From Candidatus Acetothermia bacterium (GTDB lineage: Bacteria > Bipolaricaulota > Bipolaricaulia > Bipolaricaulales > Bipolaricaulaceae), in NCBI GenBank assembly GCA_003562845.1, contig PWTL01000087.1:1216-65215 (forward strand): DNA of 64,000 nucleotides, written 5' to 3'. This document shows, piece by piece, positions 51,644 through 61,093 of this stretch. A model generated the notes under the pieces. That model was not told the DNA's origin. It worked only from the letters and a program-made list of their open reading frames with translations, and searched no databases. Both the position numbers and the translations under genes were made by a program. Numbering within the stretch: the stretch's first letter is position 1; each line of letters starts with the position of its first letter.

Positions 51644-52683
51644 TCCGTTTTGACGCCCTTCAGCTCCAGCGAGTCGGCGAAGTGACATGCCGAAAAGTGC
51701 AGTCCTCCCAGGTCGCGAAACTCCGGAGACTTTTCCGAGCACAGGGGCTTCGCGTAGGAGCAGCGCGGATGGAAATAGCAGCCTCCGGGCGGGTTCACCG
51801 GGCTGGGAACGTCCCCTTGTAGGAGGATCCGTTCGGCTTCGTAGTCCGGGTCAGGTACGGGGACTGCGGACAGCAAGGCCTCCGTGTACGGGTGGAGGGG
51901 TTTGGCGAACATGTCCTCGGTGGCCGCCAGCTCGACGATCTTCCCCAGGTACATCACCGCTACTCGATCCGAGATGTGCTTCACCACGGACAGGTCGTGG
52001 GCGATGAACAGATAGGTGAGCTGGAATTCCTCCTGCAGATCCTCGAGCAAGTTCAGAACCTGCGCTTGGATGGAGACGTCCAAGGCGGACACCGGCTCGT
52101 CACAGATGATGAGCCGTGGGTCCAAGGCCAAGGCACGCGCGATGCCGATGCGCTGCCGTTGCCCCCCGGAGAACTCGTGGGGGTAGCGGCGCATGTGATC
52201 TCCCTTCAGGCCCACCGCCTGGAGGAGCTCCCGCACCCGGTCTTCCTTCTCCCGCCCCCGGGACACGTGGTGCACGATCAAGGGCTCGCCCACGATATCA
52301 CCCACCGTCATCCGCGGGTTGAGGGAGGAGTAGGGGTCCTGGAAGATGATCTGCATCTCGCGCCGCAGGCTCTTCATCTCCCGCTTGCTCAACGAGGCCA
52401 CGTCCACTACACGGTCCATCCGCTTGGCGTGGAACAAGACGCGTCCTCCGGTGGGCTCGATCAGCCTGAGGATGGTGCGGCCGCAGGTGGTCTTCCCGCA
52501 GCCGGATTCGCCCACCAGTCCCAGCGTTTCGCCGTCGCAAACGAACAGGCTGACGTCGTCAACGGCCTTCACCCAGCCCGCTACTCTGCGGAACACTCCC
52601 TTGCGCACGGGGAAGAACTTCTTCAGCCCCGTGACCTCCAGCAGCACATTCTCGCCTACCTTCAAGGTCGTCTCAGTTGGCAT
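51640..52683 (-). CDS. Oligopeptide/dipeptide ABC transporter ATP-binding protein (OppF/DppF-like)
   Basis: [35 protein letters not shown] and the C-terminal oligopeptide-type extension [14 protein letters not shown]...GGCYFHPRC. Confidence 0.85.
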   Translation of the reverse strand: MPTETTLKVGENVLLEVTGLKKFFPVRKGVFRRVAGWVKAVDDVSLFVCDGETLGLVGESGCGKTTCGRTILRLIEPTGGRVLFHAKRMDRVVDVASLSKREMKSLRREMQIIFQDPYSSLNPRMTVGDIVGEPLIVHHVSRGREKEDRVRELLQAVGLKGDHMRRYPHEFSGGQRQRIGIARALALDPRLIICDEPVSALDVSIQAQVLNLLEDLQEEFQLTYLFIAHDLSVVKHISDRVAVMYLGKIVELAATEDMFAKPLHPYTEALLSAVPVPDPDYEAERILLQGDVPSPVNPPGGCYFHPRCSYAKPLCSEKSPEFRDLGGLHFSACHFADSLELKGVKTE

Positions 52684-53674
52684 GGTTCTCCATTGCTGAA
52701 TGTAGCCAACAGGCCGCGGCGTGCTCGGGGACCACCTCGATGAGCGGCGGCATTTCCTGTTGGCAAACCTCCATCACGTGTGGACAGCGGGGGTGGAACG
52801 GGCAGCCCTGCGGCATATCCAGCGGATCCGGCACCACCCCTGTGATCGGATCGAGCCTCTTCTTCGTGCTGGCCAACGAGGGGATGGACTTCAACAACCC
52901 CTGTGTGTAGGGGTGTTTCGGGTCGTGGAACAGCGGCCTGACAGGCGCATGTTCCACCGCTTTCCCTAGGTACATCACTACCACGTCTTCACACAGCTCG
53001 GCCACCACTCCCAGGTTGTGGGTGATGAACATAATGGCCGTGTTGAATTGCTGTTGCAGCGAGCGCATCAGGTCGAGCACCTGCGCCTGAATGGTCACGT
53101 CCAGCGCTGTCGTTGGCTCGTCGGCGATGAGCAACGCCGGGTTGCAGGACAAGGCCATGGCAATCATCGCCCGCTGGCGCATACCGCCGGAAAGCTGGTG
53201 AGGATACTCGTTCACTCGCTGCTCGGGCAACGGGATCCCCACCTGGCGCAGCATGTCGATGGCCTTTTGCCGCGCGGCGTGCTTGGATACGCGCTGATGG
53301 AGCGTGATGGCCTCGACTATCTGATAACCGATGGTAAACACAGGGTTCAACGAGGTCATCGGCTCCTGGAAGATCATGGCCATTTCCTTTCCGCGGATCG
53401 AGCGGTAACGCTTGCCCTTTGGGTCAAGCTTGGTCAGCTCGAGATCGAGCCCGTTCCGCTGGAAGTGGATGGACCCGCTGGCGATCTTCCCGGGCGGCAT
53501 GGGCACCAACCCCATGATGGTGAGTGCGGTGACGCTCTTGCCGCATCCCGACTCTCCCACCACGCCCAGCGTGCGCTGAGGGTCGATGGAGAAGTTGACG
53601 CCGTCTACGGCCTTGACGACGCCGTCTTCAGTGTAGAAATAAGTCCGCAGATCGCTAATATCGATAAGTGGCAT
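52673..53674 (-). CDS. Oligopeptide/dipeptide ABC transporter ATP-binding protein (OppD/DppD-like)
   Basis: [36 protein letters not shown] and [14 protein letters not shown]...GCPFHPRC. Confidence 0.85.
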   Translation of the reverse strand: MPLIDISDLRTYFYTEDGVVKAVDGVNFSIDPQRTLGVVGESGCGKSVTALTIMGLVPMPPGKIASGSIHFQRNGLDLELTKLDPKGKRYRSIRGKEMAMIFQEPMTSLNPVFTIGYQIVEAITLHQRVSKHAARQKAIDMLRQVGIPLPEQRVNEYPHQLSGGMRQRAMIAMALSCNPALLIADEPTTALDVTIQAQVLDLMRSLQQQFNTAIMFITHNLGVVAELCEDVVVMYLGKAVEHAPVRPLFHDPKHPYTQGLLKSIPSLASTKKRLDPITGVVPDPLDMPQGCPFHPRCPHVMEVCQQEMPPLIEVVPEHAAACWLHSAMENHAN

Positions 53675-53684
53675 AATCCCTACT

Positions 53685-53906
53685 TTAGATCAGGGCCAGG
53701 ATCATCCCCAGACCGAGGAAAACCACGCCCAACACCGCTGTGGCTGTCTTCTTGGGATCCCGGGCTACGTCTCGGCCGAACACAGTGCTGGACATCCCCG
53801 CCCCAAACGCTCCGCCAAGAGTGGCGTGTTCGGACATCTGCAGCAGGATGATCCCCATCAGCGCCAGCGAGTTCAGAAAGAAGATCACCTGTAGAAACAT
53901 TCTCAT
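53685..53906 (-). CDS. secG: Preprotein translocase subunit SecG
   Basis: 73 aa with two TM helices flanking a Gly-rich loop (IILLQMSEHATLGGAFGAGMSSTVFG). Confidence 0.75.
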   Translation of the reverse strand: MRMFLQVIFFLNSLALMGIILLQMSEHATLGGAFGAGMSSTVFGRDVARDPKKTATAVLGVVFLGLGMILALI

Positions 53907-53990
53907 CCCCTCACGCTCCTAAGGCAGCATTATACCCAGGGTCCGTGCCGCATGCCAACGACCTTTGTGTCAGCGGGGCGGGGCTGTACA

Positions 53991-55586
53991 ATGCGGGCGA
54001 CGGTGGGGAAGTTTGTATTCGTAACGGGCGGCGTCGTATCTGGCCTTGGCAAGGGGGTTGTCACAGCCTCCTTGGGGGGGATCCTTCGCTCCAGCGGCCT
54101 CAAAGTCACTCTGCAGAAGGCTGATCCGTACATAAACGTAGATGCGGGCACGATGAACCCTTACGAGCACGGCGAGGTGTTCGTCACCGGCGACGGCCAG
54201 GAGACGGACCTGGACATCGGGCACTACGAACGCTTCACTCAGCAGGACTTGACCTCCTCTAACTATCTCACGACAGGGCAGGTGTACTGGAACGTCATTC
54301 AGGCCGAGCGTCGAGGTGATTATCTGGGGCAAACCGTGCAGGTGGTGCCCCATGTGACCGACGAGATCAAACGGTTGATCCGTAGAGCACAGGAGATTAC
54401 CGGCGCTGAGGTGAGCATAGTGGAGGTGGGGGGCACGGTGGGCGACATCGAGGGTTTGCCCTACCTGGAGGCTCTACGGCAGATGCGCGATGAGCTGCCC
54501 CGGGAGGACACTGCCTTTGTCCACCTTACGTATGTGCCCGTGCTCTCCACCACAGGCGAGCTGAAGACCAAACCCACGCAGCACTCGGTACGCGAGTTGC
54601 GGGCGTTGGGGATTCAGCCCGACATCATCGTCGCCCGCACGCCGACGCCTCTGTCACCGGGCCTGCGGGAGAAGATTGCGTTGTTCTGTGACGTAGCGGT
54701 CACGCACGTGGTGCAGGAAACTGACGTGGAGAGCATCTACGAGGTCCCCCTGGTGTTGAGAAGCGAGGGGATGGACGAGAAGCTCCTGCACCGTCTCCGA
54801 CTCCGGGCACGTCCCGGTGATTTAACTCCCTGGGAGGAGTTCGTGCAGCGCCTGAAACGGCCCAACGGACGTGTCACCATCGGCATAGTCGGAAAGTACG
54901 TCGAGGCGCATGACGCATACATGAGCATTGTGGAGTCTCTGAGGCATGCCGGAGCGGCGGTGGGAACGGCGGTCGAGCTTGCGTGGATCCCCTCCGTAGC
55001 GGTGGAAGAGGACGAGGGCGTGTTGCAGAGCCTGGACGGCATCCTCGTGCCGGGAGGATTCGGGGAGCGAGGCATCGAGGGCAAGGTGCGCGCCGCAGAT
55101 TACGCTCGCCGGGCACGCGTCCCGTTCTTTGGAATATGCTTGGGAATGCAATGTGCGGTGATCGCCTTTTCCCGGTCCGTGCTGGGCTGGAGTGGCGCTG
55201 TGTCCACGGAGTTCTCTCCTCAAGGGGCGTATCCTGTGATCGATCTTCTGCCCGAGCAAGGGGGGGTGGAGATCAAGGGGGGGACCATGCGCCTTGGGGA
55301 GTACCCGGCCCGGTTGGAGGAGGGGTCCCGCATGCGGGCCGCTTATGGCCGTGAGTTGATCGTGGAGCGCCATCGACATCGCTACGAGTTCAACCCGCAG
55401 TATATGGAGGAATTCCGCCGGGCGGGGATGAAACTCAGCGGTATCTCCCCCGATGGGCGCTTGGTGGAGGCGGTGGAACTTGTCGATCACCCGTGGTATG
55501 TGGGAGTGCAGTTTCATCCTGAGTTTACCTCCCGCCCGCTGCTTCCCCATCCCCTGTTTCGGGAGTTCGTGCGAGCATGTGTGTGA
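53991..55586 (+). CDS. pyrG: CTP synthase
   Basis: ATG at 53991. KFVFVTGGVVSGLGKG, the GATase Cys in FFGICLGMQ, and HRHRYEFN. Confidence 0.92.
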   Translation: MRATVGKFVFVTGGVVSGLGKGVVTASLGGILRSSGLKVTLQKADPYINVDAGTMNPYEHGEVFVTGDGQETDLDIGHYERFTQQDLTSSNYLTTGQVYWNVIQAERRGDYLGQTVQVVPHVTDEIKRLIRRAQEITGAEVSIVEVGGTVGDIEGLPYLEALRQMRDELPREDTAFVHLTYVPVLSTTGELKTKPTQHSVRELRALGIQPDIIVARTPTPLSPGLREKIALFCDVAVTHVVQETDVESIYEVPLVLRSEGMDEKLLHRLRLRARPGDLTPWEEFVQRLKRPNGRVTIGIVGKYVEAHDAYMSIVESLRHAGAAVGTAVELAWIPSVAVEEDEGVLQSLDGILVPGGFGERGIEGKVRAADYARRARVPFFGICLGMQCAVIAFSRSVLGWSGAVSTEFSPQGAYPVIDLLPEQGGVEIKGGTMRLGEYPARLEEGSRMRAAYGRELIVERHRHRYEFNPQYMEEFRRAGMKLSGISPDGRLVEAVELVDHPWYVGVQFHPEFTSRPLLPHPLFREFVRACV

Positions 55587-56188
55587 TCATCGCGCTGTTC
55601 GTTTCGCTCCTTGCCTTCGGGCAAGATGCCCACCTGGACGCGCCTTGGCTTACAGTGTATGACGCCGCCGGGCGGCCCCGGTGGGAGGTGAAGCTGGAGG
55701 CGCTGACTCGCGATGCGGACGGCTGGCAGGGGCGGGACGCGCACATCACCATGTACCACGAGGGACAACCCCAGGCGCGTCTGCTGGCCGCTGAGCTGGT
55801 CACCGATCCTTTGGGGCGGGAGTGGGACATGCCGCAGGGAGTGGAGGGCGAGTGGGGTGTGCTGAACATGCGCGCCGCCCGCGCTCGCTGGGAGAGGAGC
55901 TTCACTTTGTGGGAGGTGGAGGCTTGGGCCGAGGATATCGGGCTGCGCGCGGCCGAAGCCCGCTGGACTCCAGGAAGCTCTGTGGAGTTCTCCGATGTCC
56001 AGGTGTCAGTGCAGGGCTGGGAGCTGGAGTTTCCCGCCGGGAGCTATCACCTGGAGGAAGACGTGCTTCAGGCCACCGATGTGGACTTGCGGGGACACGG
56101 GCTGAAGGCGGCAGCGGGGGAGCTGCGGGTTTCGGCGCGTGGGGGAGAGGTGACCCTTACGGATGCCGAGCTCAGCCCGGCTGGTTGA
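55577..56188 (+). CDS. Secreted protein, possible LptC/LptA (OstA)-like partner of LptB
   Basis: Signal-like N-terminus MCVIIALFVSLLAFGQDA and a beta-rich sequence. It overlaps pyrG upstream and lptB downstream. The assignment rests on position only. Confidence 0.4.
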   Translation: MCVIIALFVSLLAFGQDAHLDAPWLTVYDAAGRPRWEVKLEALTRDADGWQGRDAHITMYHEGQPQARLLAAELVTDPLGREWDMPQGVEGEWGVLNMRAARARWERSFTLWEVEAWAEDIGLRAAEARWTPGSSVEFSDVQVSVQGWELEFPAGSYHLEEDVLQATDVDLRGHGLKAAAGELRVSARGGEVTLTDAELSPAG

Positions 56189-56888
56189 GGGACGTGGTCT
56201 CGTCCGGTCTTTCGGACGGTACCGCGCGGTGGACGAGCTGGACGTAGCGTTCCACGCGGGCGAGGCCACGGGGCTGTTGGGACCAAACGGGGCGGGGAAG
56301 ACTACGACCTTCCATTTGCTCACTGGCTTCCTGCGGCCTGATGCCGGTGAAGTGCTGCTGGACGGAGAGTCGATAACCCACCTCCCCTTCTACGAGCGGT
56401 CGCGACGGGGTATTCACTACCTCCCCCAGGAACCGTCGGTGTTCCTGCGCACCACAGTCCGCGGCAATCTGCTCCTGGCGCTGGACGGCCTCGGGGGGCG
56501 GTGGGATGCGAAGGTGGGAGCGATCCTGGAGGAGCTTGGGTTGCAGGGGTTCGAGGGACGCCGCGTGGCCCGCTTGTCCGCCGGGGAACGGCGCAAGGTG
56601 GAGATTGCACGGGCACTTGTCACCCAGCCTTCATTCCTGCTGCTCGATGAGCCCTTCTCTGGGGTCGATCCCATCACCGTGGCCGAGCTCTCCTCCACGC
56701 TCCGGCGGCTGGCCGAGGAGGGAATCGGCATTGCCATCTGCGATCACAACGTCAGAGACACCTTGCACATCACCGATCGAGCCTATCTCATCCACCACGG
56801 AAGGCTTCTCATGTCGGGAACCCCTGAAGAAATAGTGGACGACCCTTCGGCTCGCGTGGCCTATCTGGGGGAGAGTTTTCGCCTGTAG
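56163..56888 (+). CDS. lptB: LPS export ABC transporter ATP-binding protein LptB-like
   Basis: GPNGAGKTTTFHLLTG, GIHYLPQEPSVF, LSAGERRKVEIARAL, LLLDEPFSGVDP and H in ICDHNV. 241 aa. Confidence 0.8.
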   Translation: MPSSARLVEGRGLVRSFGRYRAVDELDVAFHAGEATGLLGPNGAGKTTTFHLLTGFLRPDAGEVLLDGESITHLPFYERSRRGIHYLPQEPSVFLRTTVRGNLLLALDGLGGRWDAKVGAILEELGLQGFEGRRVARLSAGERRKVEIARALVTQPSFLLLDEPFSGVDPITVAELSSTLRRLAEEGIGIAICDHNVRDTLHITDRAYLIHHGRLLMSGTPEEIVDDPSARVAYLGESFRL

Positions 56889-56916
56889 CGCCCCACCGTC
56901 CGGGACAAGCCCCAAC

Positions 56917-57046
56917 CACCGTCGGAGATAAACTCCGACGCTACGGGCAATAAACCGTCGGAGATAAACTGCAACCACCGTCTACCACCGGATCCGTAGC
57001 GTCGCACGTTGCGTGCGACGTTAAACGCAGCTTGTCTGCGACGTTG
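56917..57046. repeat. REP-like palindromic repeat cluster between convergent lptB and lgt, extending into the lgt 3' end
   Basis: CGTCGGAG-ataaa-CTCCGACG plus CTACGG (56920-56946); direct repeat CCGTCGGAGATAAACT (56919-34 and 56955-70); CAACCACCGTC twice; a 9-bp stem CGTCGCACG-ttg-CGTGCGACG (57000-57020); and CGCAGcttgtCTGCGACG (57026-57043) inside lgt. Same family as 27316-27437. Confidence 0.6.
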
Positions 57047-57830
57047 GGTCCCGAGGGGAGGCCCGCCACAGCCGGCGGCGCCACATCCACAATCCGAACA
57101 CAGCTACTAGCAGCACGCTCGCGACTTGCGCCCCTCTGATCGGTCCCAACATCAGCGCATCCCCGCGCACGAACTCGCAGGGAAAGCGCACCAGCGAGTA
57201 GCCTATGAAATAGAGCGCAGTCAAGAATCCCGCCCGGGCAGGTCTCTTACGCAGTCGCCACAGCAGCGCGAACAGGAGCAAAAGCCCCACCATCTCGTAC
57301 AGCATTGCTGGGTGTAGTGGTTGGCCGGGATAGGCCCAGCCGGCGGGGCTGTCGTCCGGGAACACCAGTCCCCAAGGCAGGGTTGTGGGCGTGCCGAATG
57401 CGTCGCCATTCAGGAAGTTGCCCAGCCTGACCAAGGCCTGCCCCAGAAGTACCGCCGGAACCACCGCGTCCGCCGTCGGCCACAGGGGCAGGCGCTTCCA
57501 CCGGGAGAATATCCACAGCCCGAGGGTCCCCCCGATGAGCCCTCCGTGTATGGCCAACCCTCCTCGCCACAGCATGGGGATCTCCCACAGGTTGTCCTGG
57601 TACCAACTCCACTGGAAGGCCACGTAGTACAGGCGAGCCATTATCAGTCCCAAGGGGATGGCCACCAGCAGCAGATCCACCGCGGCTTCTGCCCCCAACC
57701 CCCGGTCCACTAATCCTCTGCGGCGGGCTTCGGCGCGGACGAGGAAGAACCCGAGTACGAGGGCGATGACGTACATCAGTCCGTAGTAGCGGATCTCCAC
57801 TGGTCCCAAGCGCAAGAACACTGGGTGCAC
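57021..57830 (-). CDS. lgt: Prolipoprotein diacylglyceryl transferase
   Basis: GTG at 57830 is preceded by AGGAGGTGG. YYGLMYVIALVLGF, WRGGLAIHGGLIGG and RLGNFLNGDAFG. The last 9 codons are encoded by the repeat element. Confidence 0.88.
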   Translation of the reverse strand: MHPVFLRLGPVEIRYYGLMYVIALVLGFFLVRAEARRRGLVDRGLGAEAAVDLLLVAIPLGLIMARLYYVAFQWSWYQDNLWEIPMLWRGGLAIHGGLIGGTLGLWIFSRWKRLPLWPTADAVVPAVLLGQALVRLGNFLNGDAFGTPTTLPWGLVFPDDSPAGWAYPGQPLHPAMLYEMVGLLLLFALLWRLRKRPARAGFLTALYFIGYSLVRFPCEFVRGDALMLGPIRGAQVASVLLVAVFGLWMWRRRLWRASPRDPTSQTSCV

Positions 57831-57864
57831 GGTCCACCTCCTGCGCTGATTATAATGGCAACAC

Positions 57865-59307
57865 ATGGAGTGGAGATTGCGCGTGGCCGGCGCTGGGGGA
57901 TTCGCGGCCCTGTTGTGGGCCGCGTTTTACCCAGGATTGAGCTTGCTGGTGTGGCCGGCAATGGCCGGGCTGTTCTTGGTTCTCTCCGGGCGGGGAGCAA
58001 GACGCGGTGCCGTGGCCGGAGCAGTGGCAGGATTCGTCTTCTTTGCCCTCACCTTCACTTCCGTATTCGAGCTGTGGACATTTGTCGGTCCTCTTGCCGC
58101 TCCACTGTGGGTGCTCGCGGCCGTGTACGGAGCGCTCTACATGGCTGTGCTCGGCGCAGCGGTGGGGCGGTGGTCGTCGCCGTTGGTGGGGGCGGGCACC
58201 TGGGTGCTCCTGGAGATGGTGCGGGCCGCGGGACCGTTCGGTGTGGCCTTCGGCAGCCTCCCCGTGGCGTTAGCCGTTCCTCCGCTGGTCGGGGCGGCGG
58301 CAATAGGAGGGGCATGGCTGCTTTCCCTGGCAGCCGCGTGGACGGGCGCTTGTCTGGCCGCCGGAGCGCGGAGGAGCAGGCACTGGATCGCGCTGGCCAT
58401 TCTGGGCCCGGCGGTGCTCCTCGTGGGCGCTGGCGTGGGTTCTGACACCGAACAGACAGGCACGCTACAGGCGGCTGTTGTGCAGACCGGGGTTCCCCAG
58501 GAGCAGCGGCTGGATCCCAGGCAAGTTCCGGCGCTCATGGAGCGCTATGCCGACCTCTTATCCAGGCTGGAGGGGCCGGTGGACTTCGTGGTGTTCCCGG
58601 AGACCGTGCTGCCGGTCCCCCTGCGGGCTGAGCCGGACTATTTGGTTCCGTTTCAGGAGGCTGCGCGCCGGTTGGGCGCCGAGTTGCTTGTAGGCACAGG
58701 TGACTGGCGCGAGGGCAAGATCTACAACTCCGTGCTCCTCCTGGACCGGGACGGAGAGGTAGCCGGCATATACGACAAGACCCATCTCGTGCCCTTTGGG
58801 GAGTATCTTCCGGCGCGAGACCTGTGGGAGTCCCTGGGGCTGGGTCCTCTACTGGAGGAACTCCTCCCGCACGACCTGGCCCACGGGCAACGCAGCGATT
58901 CCCTGGGCATCTACGGCGTGCAGATCTGCTTTGAGTCGCAGTTCTCCGCTGGGGCGCGGCGGCTGGTGGCCCAAGGGGCGGAAATCCTCGTGGTTCCCAC
59001 AAACGACGCTTGGTTCGGCGAGCACCGCATGCTGTGGGAACATTTCGCCTTCGGTGCGCTGCGCGCGGCGGAGCAGGGGAGAGCGTTCGTCCACGCCACG
59101 AGCACCGGCGTAAGCGGGGCGTTCTCTCCTACAGGGCAGCTGCTGGGCAAGCTCCCCTTGGGAGAGCCGGGCGTGCTGCATGTCGCCCTCCCGCTGCACC
59201 GGGGGACGACGCCGTACGCCGCTGTCGGGGACTGGCCAGTGCTGGGATTGGCGGTGCTGCTGCTTGTAGGGGGAGTGCTGTGGGAAGAGAGGGCGAGGCG
59301 CCATTAG
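57865..59307 (+). CDS. lnt: Apolipoprotein N-acyltransferase
   Basis: N-terminal polytopic domain plus a C-terminal CN-hydrolase domain carrying the E-K-C triad contexts (VVFPETV, YDKTHLVPFGEY, ICFESQF). Confidence 0.85.
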   Translation: MEWRLRVAGAGGFAALLWAAFYPGLSLLVWPAMAGLFLVLSGRGARRGAVAGAVAGFVFFALTFTSVFELWTFVGPLAAPLWVLAAVYGALYMAVLGAAVGRWSSPLVGAGTWVLLEMVRAAGPFGVAFGSLPVALAVPPLVGAAAIGGAWLLSLAAAWTGACLAAGARRSRHWIALAILGPAVLLVGAGVGSDTEQTGTLQAAVVQTGVPQEQRLDPRQVPALMERYADLLSRLEGPVDFVVFPETVLPVPLRAEPDYLVPFQEAARRLGAELLVGTGDWREGKIYNSVLLLDRDGEVAGIYDKTHLVPFGEYLPARDLWESLGLGPLLEELLPHDLAHGQRSDSLGIYGVQICFESQFSAGARRLVAQGAEILVVPTNDAWFGEHRMLWEHFAFGALRAAEQGRAFVHATSTGVSGAFSPTGQLLGKLPLGEPGVLHVALPLHRGTTPYAAVGDWPVLGLAVLLLVGGVLWEERARRH

Positions 59308-59321
59308 TAGGTGAGGACGAC

Positions 59322-59360
59322 CCCGTGTCGGCGCCGGAAACGTCCCGACGCCGACACGGG
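59322..59360. terminator. Bidirectional stem-loop between convergent lnt and the PKD lipoprotein gene
   Basis: Perfect 12-bp inverted repeat CCCGTGTCGGCG (59322-59333) / CGCCGACACGGG (59349-59360) with a 15-nt loop. There is no clear U-tract. Confidence 0.45.
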
Positions 59361-59416
59361 CCGTCATTGTCCACGGAGGTCGGTGGCTCGCCTATCGCAA
59401 AGTGTTCAGCCGCAGC

Positions 59417-60373
59417 CTACGGTGCTGCCACCACCTCGATGTCCAGGGACTCGCTGTCCGTGGCGTCGAGGTCGTCCCACACTCGCGCGGTGGCCGTGTA
59501 CGAGCCCGTCTGCGCGTAGCCGTCGTAGGTATAGGAGACTGACAAGGTGTCCGCGCTGAGCCCGTCTTGGGACACAGAGATCCCGTCGCCGAAGCTGATC
59601 TGCCACTTCACGATTTTGCGCTCTGCTGCTCCGGACTCAGCCTCGAACTCGAACAAAACATCTGCGTTCTGTACGACCACGATGGGGTCTTCAACTGTGT
59701 TGTCCTTGCTGTCCGCTGTGAACGAGGTGATCTCCGGCGGAGGGCTGGTGATGGTCACAGTCACGCTGTCTGTGGCCGTGGCCCCGTCCTCGTCTTCCAC
59801 AGTGAGCACCGCCGTGTACTCACCGGGATCGTCGTACGTGTGGGTCCGCGTGGTGTCCAGGGTCGTCAGATTGACCGGGTTCTCTTCGACCGTCCCGTCG
59901 TCGTAGTCCAAAGTCCACTTGACGATCTTCTTCCCCGAGGGAGCAGTCCCTTCCACGTAGAAGGTCACCGCCTCTCCGGCCTCCGCCTCGGAGGGGTCCA
60001 CCCCCAGGGTCGCGGTGGGAACAGCGGGTGCGGCTACGGTGATTGTGACAGTGTCCTGGTCTACGCGCCCCCGGTCGTCCTGCACGGTGAGCTGGGCCGT
60101 GTACGTTCCCGCATCGTCATAAGTATTCACCACGGTCGTGTCCACGTCGCTGCCGGTGGCCGGAGCGGAACCATCGCCGAAGTTCAAGGTGTAGCTTGTG
60201 ATCGGACCGGTGGACCCCGACAGATCGAAGGTCACCGAAAGTGGTGCTTCGCCCGAGGTGGGGCTGGCGGTGAGGGCCGCGGTGATGCGCGGGGCGAACA
60301 GCCAAGCACACCCTCCCAGCCCGAGTGCCATTACCACCACTAGGGCCACGCTCAACAAGTACTTCGCTCTCAT
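59417..60373 (-). CDS. Lipoprotein with three PKD-like domains
   Basis: ATG at 60373 gives MRAKYLLSVALVVVMALGLGGC, a signal peptide with lipobox. Three PKD-type repeats follow (SPTSGEAPLSVTFD...GTYTAQLTVQDDRG, and similar). Confidence 0.75.
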   Translation of the reverse strand: MRAKYLLSVALVVVMALGLGGCAWLFAPRITAALTASPTSGEAPLSVTFDLSGSTGPITSYTLNFGDGSAPATGSDVDTTVVNTYDDAGTYTAQLTVQDDRGRVDQDTVTITVAAPAVPTATLGVDPSEAEAGEAVTFYVEGTAPSGKKIVKWTLDYDDGTVEENPVNLTTLDTTRTHTYDDPGEYTAVLTVEDEDGATATDSVTVTITSPPPEITSFTADSKDNTVEDPIVVVQNADVLFEFEAESGAAERKIVKWQISFGDGISVSQDGLSADTLSVSYTYDGYAQTGSYTATARVWDDLDATDSESLDIEVVAAP

Positions 60374-60547
60374 GCCGACCTCCTTCTTTCCATTATACGC
60401 GTCGGTTATGGTAACCATAGGGGCTGATCCCGGGAGGCAGCCAGCCCTTGGGTCCTGGCACGCGGGAGGGTGCGTCCGACCGAAGCGGGACAGGTGTCTG
60501 TAATGAAACCGGCCCTACGCTGTGTGTGTATATTCTCCGTGAGGGCG

Positions 60548-61093
60548 ATGAACGTGGCCGATGGAGAGCTCGAGCTGGTGCAACTCAGCTTGGACGGCGA
60601 CCTGGAGGCGTGGGGAGAGATCGTGCGCCGGTACAAGGACGCGGTGTTCGGTGTTGCCCTGGCCATCCTCAGAAACCGGGCCGACGCCGAGGACGCCGTG
60701 CAAGAGGCGTTCATCCGCGCTTATCAGCAACTCCATCGGTACGATCTGTCGCGGCGCTTCTCCACGTGGCTGTTCACCGTAACGGCGAATGTGGCCCGCA
60801 ACTTGCTGCGCAAGCGACGGACCGACCCGCCGCAGCGTTTTCCGTGGCCGGAGGATCCGGTCGATGTGACGCGGATGGAGGAAGTACGGGAGTTGGTGCG
60901 CAGGACCGTGTGGGCCCTTCCCGACTCCTATCGTGAGCCGCTGGTGCTCCGGTACTGGCACGAGCTGGATCTGACCGACATCGCTGCGGTGCTGAGGATG
61001 CCCGTTGGAACGGTAAAGACGCGACTGCATCGGGGGCGGGCGCTAGTAAGAGCCCGGCTCGCCGAGCAGGGGGTGATGAGCAATGCGATATGA
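60548..61093 (+). CDS. ECF (group 4) RNA polymerase sigma factor
   Basis: ATG at 60548. Region 2 is DAEDAVQEAFIRAYQQLHRYDLSRRFSTWLFTVTAN. Region 4 is LRYWHELDLTDIAAVLRMPVGTVKTRLHRGR. Confidence 0.85.
   Translation: MNVADGELELVQLSLDGDLEAWGEIVRRYKDAVFGVALAILRNRADAEDAVQEAFIRAYQQLHRYDLSRRFSTWLFTVTANVARNLLRKRRTDPPQRFPWPEDPVDVTRMEEVRELVRRTVWALPDSYREPLVLRYWHELDLTDIAAVLRMPVGTVKTRLHRGRALVRARLAEQGVMSNAI

Noticed and set aside
60419-60547. Autoregulated ECF promoter (GAAC-type -35, CGT-type -10) upstream of the sigma gene.
   Set aside because: Only a loose TGAAAC...GTGTAT arrangement is present. It is not convincing without a second copy for comparison.
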